Source: Chromera velia
Taxonomy: Eukaryota
Assembly (NCBI GenBank): GCA_018398765.1
Contig: JAHBMJ010000101.1
Coordinates: forward strand, 1-64,000
DNA: 64,000 bases
Reading direction: 5' to 3'
The notes beneath the pieces were generated by a model, which ran no database searches, was not told the origin of the DNA, and worked only from the letters and a program-made list of their open reading frames with translations. Both the position numbers and the translations under genes were made by a program. Below, one piece after another: positions 48,834-64,000 of this stretch. Position 1 is the first letter of the stretch. The number at the start of each line of letters is the position of its first letter.

Positions 48834-49540
48834 GATCGATCCTGTCACAGTCTCCGTTTGACTCACTCACACTTCTCTCAGTGATGAAAGCCGGCCTGCC
48901 GAATCCCTCGATGAATTCTGTGCCCGTTGCAAATTGCCCTGTATCCTCTTTCAATTCATGCCAGTGTACGAGCAGCTTTTTGGGGAGACGGCCATTGGTG
49001 CGGGTACGGAGACGCTCATCGATTGCGTGACGAGGAGCACCGTTCCAACCAAATGAAGAGTCTGCACATGAATTCAGTAAATCTGACAAACAGCACGAAG
49101 AACACGGGACCTCTCTTACACTTGGTTCACGTCAGTACGGGAATGAAAAAGCCTTTTGTCATATATAGGTCATTTCCAGCTCTAGCTATCGATCTACCCA
49201 TATCATGGTGGGGAATGGTGGGGATTGGTATGGAGTTGGGGGGGGGGCGGGGCAGCCCCACAAAAGCCCGATCAACATGCGCATATGCATGCACTTTTGC
49301 GGTCGCCCGCCCGCCGCCGAGTTATGCCTGCCCCCCCCTTTCAAGCTGCGGTTCGGCGTCCAGAACCTTTGTCCTCAGGAGTCAAAGTTTTGAACATCCT
49401 TTGTTTTTCCACAGAAGATGGTGCCGCTTGGCGGAATCCGGTCCACGCAGAACTGATGAGGATGCGTTCCTGCAGAAAATTTATTGTCTTGAGATCAAAC
49501 CGATGTAGAATTGTTCAGTGAGTCAGACCTGCCAACAATT

Positions 49541-50556
49541 ATGTACGAGGGAGTGCGCCTGCCGCTCCTGCTGGGTGGTGTTCGCTCAGTGGTTCTCATT
49601 TCTTTTTTTATCTTTCTGTGGCGCCAAGGATGGAGGTGGCAAAGTGTGGATGCATTGAGAGTGAAGGCAACTGGTGAATGCAATGGAGACGATACAGACC
49701 GCGATCCCGTCTCGTTGTACATGTATCCTCCTGCTCTCTTTTCTGGCTATACCGACTGCCTGCACCCAAACTATCCAGACCTCAAACATGGTGTGGATGC
49801 TGTATTATTAAGGCACTTGGCAAACCATCCCTGGAGGGTGGGACCGAAAGAGGCTGAAATTTGTTTTGTGCCGGTCTATTTCGACCGCCTCGCTCAAGGG
49901 GATTGCAAAGGAGACTCGCACGAACATCTGCTCCAAGCCCAAAAGGTGATGGAGGAACACGACGCCAAAGATAAAAAAAACTGCCGACTGTTGGGCATTG
50001 CCACACATTGGGACACGCTGTACAACCTGACCCAGATCCGGGAACACGTACGTGCAGTGCTCTCTCTCTCTCTCTCTCTCTCTCGCTGTGTGGGTGTGTG
50101 CGTGTGGGTGTGTTCTCCTGCCCTGTGAGTGTGCGAGACGGGTGGGGGGGACAAGAAATGATTTTTGCACATTCACGTGCGTGCGTGTGCATTTATGTGT
50201 GCAGCTGGGGCCGATGGCGTTTGTGGTGCACAGCCGGGCGGACGTCTGCACTGTGGTGACTCCTTTCCTGAACTACAAAAGCTCTGGCCTCGATCTGTAC
50301 GGGAAGGGAGACCTTGAGTGGAATGTGTACACGGACAGGCCGTCGGGGGAGTTGGAGAAGAAATTTCTGGTCGAATTCGGGGGACAGGTGTGTAGGTCGG
50401 GCTCTCTCTTTTTTGCCTTCCTGCCTCCCTGCCTGTCTCTCTCTCTCTGTCTTGACACAAAGAAACAAACGCATAGCATGTCTTTAGACTCTCTCTCTCT
50501 CTCCCTCTCCCTCTCCCTCCCTCCCTCTCCCTCCCTCCCTCTCCCTCCCTCCCTCC

Positions 50557-50617
<61 letters not shown>

Positions 50618-50695
50618 ATACTGTGTGTGTGTATATATGTGTATATATGTGTGTGTATATATATGTGTATATATGTGTGTATATATATGTATATA

Positions 50696-50768
<73 letters not shown>

Positions 50769-51827
50769 TTGTGTCTAAAAGAAAAAGAGAAAAAAAAGGA
50801 AATTCGCAGTCTGTTTCTCACAAGACTGAAAGGGGAAAGCAGAAGCACGCCATCTCTTTTTCGATCTGTTTCTATGTCTATATGTCTGTTTAAGTAAGGG
50901 AAGAAAGTGAAAGATCACATAGACTGTCCGTGTGTTTGCGTTGCCGCCTCTTTGTCCATTTCTTTCTTCCCTTGCTTGTTCTTCTACTTTTTCTTCACAG
51001 TCGCCAAATAATCCACCCTTATAGCTCCTTTCTCCGTCTCTTCAGGGTGAGGGGCACCCGCCTACCTTCAACTGGCTTCCCTGTTATTTGTTTCCTTTCT
51101 ATCATTGGGTGCTGTACGTACGTGTGCGGTGAAGACCGAAGACGGATACGTGTAGTTGTGTGTGTGTGTATGTATATATGTATATTAATATATGTATGTT
51201 GTGTGTGTGAGGTGTGCAGGTGAAGACCGAAGACGGATACGAGGATCGACGGGCCCTTTTTAGCAGTGCTGGCGAGATCCCCAAGTCTTACCTGGTGATG
51301 GTGAACAACGACCCGACGACTTCGACTAATACGGACGTGAAGGAAGTGAGGCTGTGTGAGGGACCCGACGACACCGACAGATGCAAAGCGCCCAAAGTGC
51401 CCATCCAGGAATTCACGGAGGTTCGTAATCATTCTGGAGGAGGTTCCTTCCTTTCAGATAGTAAGAAGAAGACGTCAGCAAAAGAAAGGAGAGAACGCAC
51501 AAGAAAGGAAACGAAGGGTATCGCGTCTTTTCCGACAGCCACAAAGGCTCCCCTGTGCTGTCTTGAAGATACTCTCGATGGATCGTTCCATTGTGACTTT
51601 CCTTTTTCTTTTCTTTTCTTTCATGCAGAGAATGTCTGGCAGCCTCCTTTCCAGTCGCCTACTCGATCCCTCTAGCTCTTCTTTTCTCTCTTTGTGATCT
51701 TTCTGGGAGCATTTGCAAGGAAGGTTGCCTGCCCTCTAGGACACAGGAAGAGCTTGCAGCGTTGTAGAAGGACACCAACCATACTGCTTGGGTGCACACA
51801 ACCATATGCAGATCCTCCTTTTGACGT

Positions 51828-51870
<43 letters not shown>

Positions 51871-52976
51871 ATCATGCACAAATGCAGATCCGAGAGTCAG
51901 CGAAGTTCAGTCTGTTGCTTCGAGGTGACGACCCTCACAGCGACCGTCTCTACAACGCCATTGCCTCCGAGGTGCCCGTGGTGGCTGTGGTGGACCCTTG
52001 GGACGGGAAGAAACCGGGCCCCCGGGGGATGTTTTCAAATTCACCAACCTGCTGGAGGGGTGGCTGCCCTTTCCGGATAGAATTCCGTGGAAGGATATGC
52101 TGATCATCATCGAGGGTGAAAGTCAGTCTGGCAGAAAGAATGGCCATGGGACGCGTCCGGGAATTTTTTGTATTTTTGTGCGAATTAATGTCAAATCCCG
52201 GTCTTCACTCATCCTATCGCACATTGGAAAGAAGTGCTGATCATAAGTGAGAGGAAGGGATAGTTAGTGGGGAGAGGCAATGTCGTGTCGGATGGGCGGT
52301 GAGTGAAGTCACGAGGGCATGGACGAAGAAAAATTTGTCTGAGGGGAGAGATGGTAATTAATCGTTTGTGACTGAGGGAGAACACGAATGCGGAGAATTT
52401 GACTTATTGAAACCGTCGGTAAGTGGAAGGAACGTGGGTCCTCTTTGGAGAGAGAGAGAGGGTGAGAGAGAGGCTGGGAACTTCCCGAGGCCCCGTGGAC
52501 CCACAGGCAGGCAGGCAGGCAGGCAGGTGTGAATGAATTCGGACACTCTTTTTTATCCTGTTTAGTCGAATAATATGGATTTGACTTCGTTGTGTTCAAA
52601 TTTCGTTGCAGAGTTTCGTGAGGACCCTGCTGCTTCTCTGAGTTCCCTGGAGGACATTTGGGACTCCGAGATTGAACTTCGCAAAGAGCTGATGAGACTT
52701 CACAGACCGGACTTGGATTTTGGGGTCGTGAATTCGAGAGTAGCATCGAACATTCTACGGGCAGCAAAGCAGTTGCCGCAATTTTGCTCGACAACCCAAG
52801 CACCATCTCCCCCGCCTCTCGGACCTTCACCAGAGCCGTCTCCTTCCTTCGTGCAGAAAGACATAAACCAAGAACATCGAGACGGAAAGAAGCGAAACGA
52901 TGACCGCAAACCCGAAGCAGAGCACTCTGTCCTCGTACCGGCTGGGCAGAGTCTGCTGCAAATGTCGAACAGCTGA
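49541..52976 (+). CDS. Exostosin-family (GT47) glycosyltransferase, type II membrane protein; one apparent frameshift
   Basis: N-terminal TM segment followed by motifs LYMY..HPWRV..EAEICFVPV, KKFLVEFGG, RRAL, SAKFSLLLRGDDPHSDRLYNAIASEVPVV and LPFPDRIPW. Exons: 49541-50047, 50205-50387, 51220-51420, 51888-52121, 52612-52976. One base is needed near 52014-52030 to keep the frame. Confidence 0.85.
50490..50765. repeat. Intronic (CT)n/(GT)n/(AT)n compound microsatellite
   Basis: Directly visible. Confidence 0.95.
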
Positions 52977-54643
52977 CTGACCATTCGGTGGCAGAGAACG
53001 AAAAGAAATTCAGCTGGAGGCGGCCCACCCCTTGCCGTCCTTCTTTCCGGAATAAGGGTAGAGAGTTTTGTTCTTAAAGTAAGACATGCGCTGGCGTATT
53101 GTATCATACTGGGCTAGATACTGGGCGGAGGCAAAAGTCTGACCCAGAAAGTGCAGCTCCATATGTTGCATCCGGCCACTTCTAGGTCGATCAACAATGA
53201 TAGATTCAAGTGCCCAGGAAGTATACATAACCGAATAGCTGTGCTTGGAAAGATTTTGGAATCTGTTTTCAATCATATTTAAAATTGTTACCAATGACTC
53301 ACCATCATGATAATCATACGCTATTCGATAGCTAATCCTATGGCTAATCCAAGTTAGTAGCTATCTGACGGTCATTGTCATCTACCCGTGATAGGCGTGT
53401 AGCCTGACTGACAGTGAGCGTTCAGCAGGTGATTACAGGTCACACACTAAGTTATATTATTATGTGGTAGTTTATAGAGTCAGGATATAGTTTTTTTGAC
53501 GAAGAGTGATTGGAAAGAAGTAGAGAGAAGTGAAATTAAGTAGTTTTAATTTCGCTCCGCAAAACCGTTTTCTATATAATTTTCCATATGATGGTTATGT
53601 TTCACACTTTTTTGAACAACTTTGAATTGCTCTCAATTTATCCCTTATTTAATCGATTTGAATCTATCCCTTAGACTGTGGTGTTATATGGTGTTGCTAA
53701 GTTGTTTTCAGTTGTTTCTAATTATTTCATTAGCTTGTGTCACATAGTGCTAGATAATGTTAGACACTATTACATGTTTATTTGCATGTACTTACATGGA
53801 GTATACTTGATCAGCTAGTATCAGCTAGTCAAAGTTAGTCAAAGTCTGTTTTCATTATAATCTGTTATGATCTGTTCAGTTAGTATATAATGGCTGTTTG
53901 GAACATCGATAGACAGATTGGCGTGCTCGGCATGAACTGTTGTGCTCCAGGCAGTAACCTGGCAGTTGTCAACAACTGCGCGCCTGGCAGCAGCCTACAG
54001 CAGCCCCTGTACCTTCGGGGTACCTACCCCGGCCTATCCGTGCAGTCCCAGGCTCCCAGCAGTCTCTCAGGGGACCGAGCTAGCTATAGCTGCGCGGAGC
54101 AAGGCTGTCATGCAGAGCTGCGGCCCCCCGAGACGCCGCCGCCTCGCTCACGCTCACACGGTGACTCTGGCGATCTCTTGCGATCATCTTGCGATGCCTT
54201 GCCCTTCGACATTTCGACTATTAATGCAAACTGTCAGCAAAGCCTCCCTCGATGACAGGAGGGTATGTACATTTGCTATTGATCGATAACTCGCCCAGTG
54301 TGAATAACTTTGACTCGTGTGGAGGAATCGGGGACTTTCGCTTTTCGTCGGTACTGCATGGTCCTCCAGCTAAGATCTAAAGGTACGGAGGTAGATGGGG
54401 ACCCCTTGACGCCCAGCAGATGCGAAAGCTAGAACGTGCCGACCTCTTCCGTGTCGCAGCAACGTGCTGCCTCGAAAAGATTACGTGTGCTGCCTCTTCT
54501 TCCGAATAATGTCATGTCAAGGTGCTGCATTTGTTGTACAGGAAAGGACGTGAATCAGTCTGTCGCTCAGTCTGTTGCCGCTACCGATTGACCCTCTCGA
54601 ATTGGTGTCCGTCTCTGTCTTCGTGTGCGCCTTCTGGTAAGTC

Positions 54644-63889
<9,246 letters not shown>

Positions 63890-64000
63890 TGATGAGCAAA
63901 CTTTCTTGTAAAATGACTTAGAAAGTCGCCAACCTAGCATTCGCTTAAATTGCTTTCTAAATTTTTACTAATTTTTCTAGTTAAATTTGCTTCTCAATTC

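Overview
Eukaryotic, intron-rich, GC-rich genomic DNA with microsatellite-laden introns and YAG acceptors. The style, together with a 37-aa heptatricopeptide-repeat protein, suggests an alveolate such as a chromerid (inference, not verified). It holds seven host genes: a partial coiled-coil gene, an organellar HPR protein, a stand-alone MEKHLA protein, a low-complexity/KE-rich protein, a SANT+DUF3755-like protein, a GT47 exostosin and a huge N-acylated low-complexity protein. These are separated by AT/TpA-rich islands. The centre is a 16.4-kb full-length but inactivated LTR retrotransposon (27110-43480) in Ty1/Copia domain order. It has 521-bp LTRs, a PBS, a PPT, a TSD, one ancestral ~4,300-codon ORF, two ~3.5-kb unassigned inserts, a 1.5-kb integrase duplication and a non-canonical 3' end. 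The most striking signal is the mutation spectrum between its paired repeats: 31 of 33 LTR differences are transitions, 13 in CpA/TpG and 12 in CpG context (hand count). This resembles fungal repeat-induced point mutation (RIP) in an apparently non-fungal genome.
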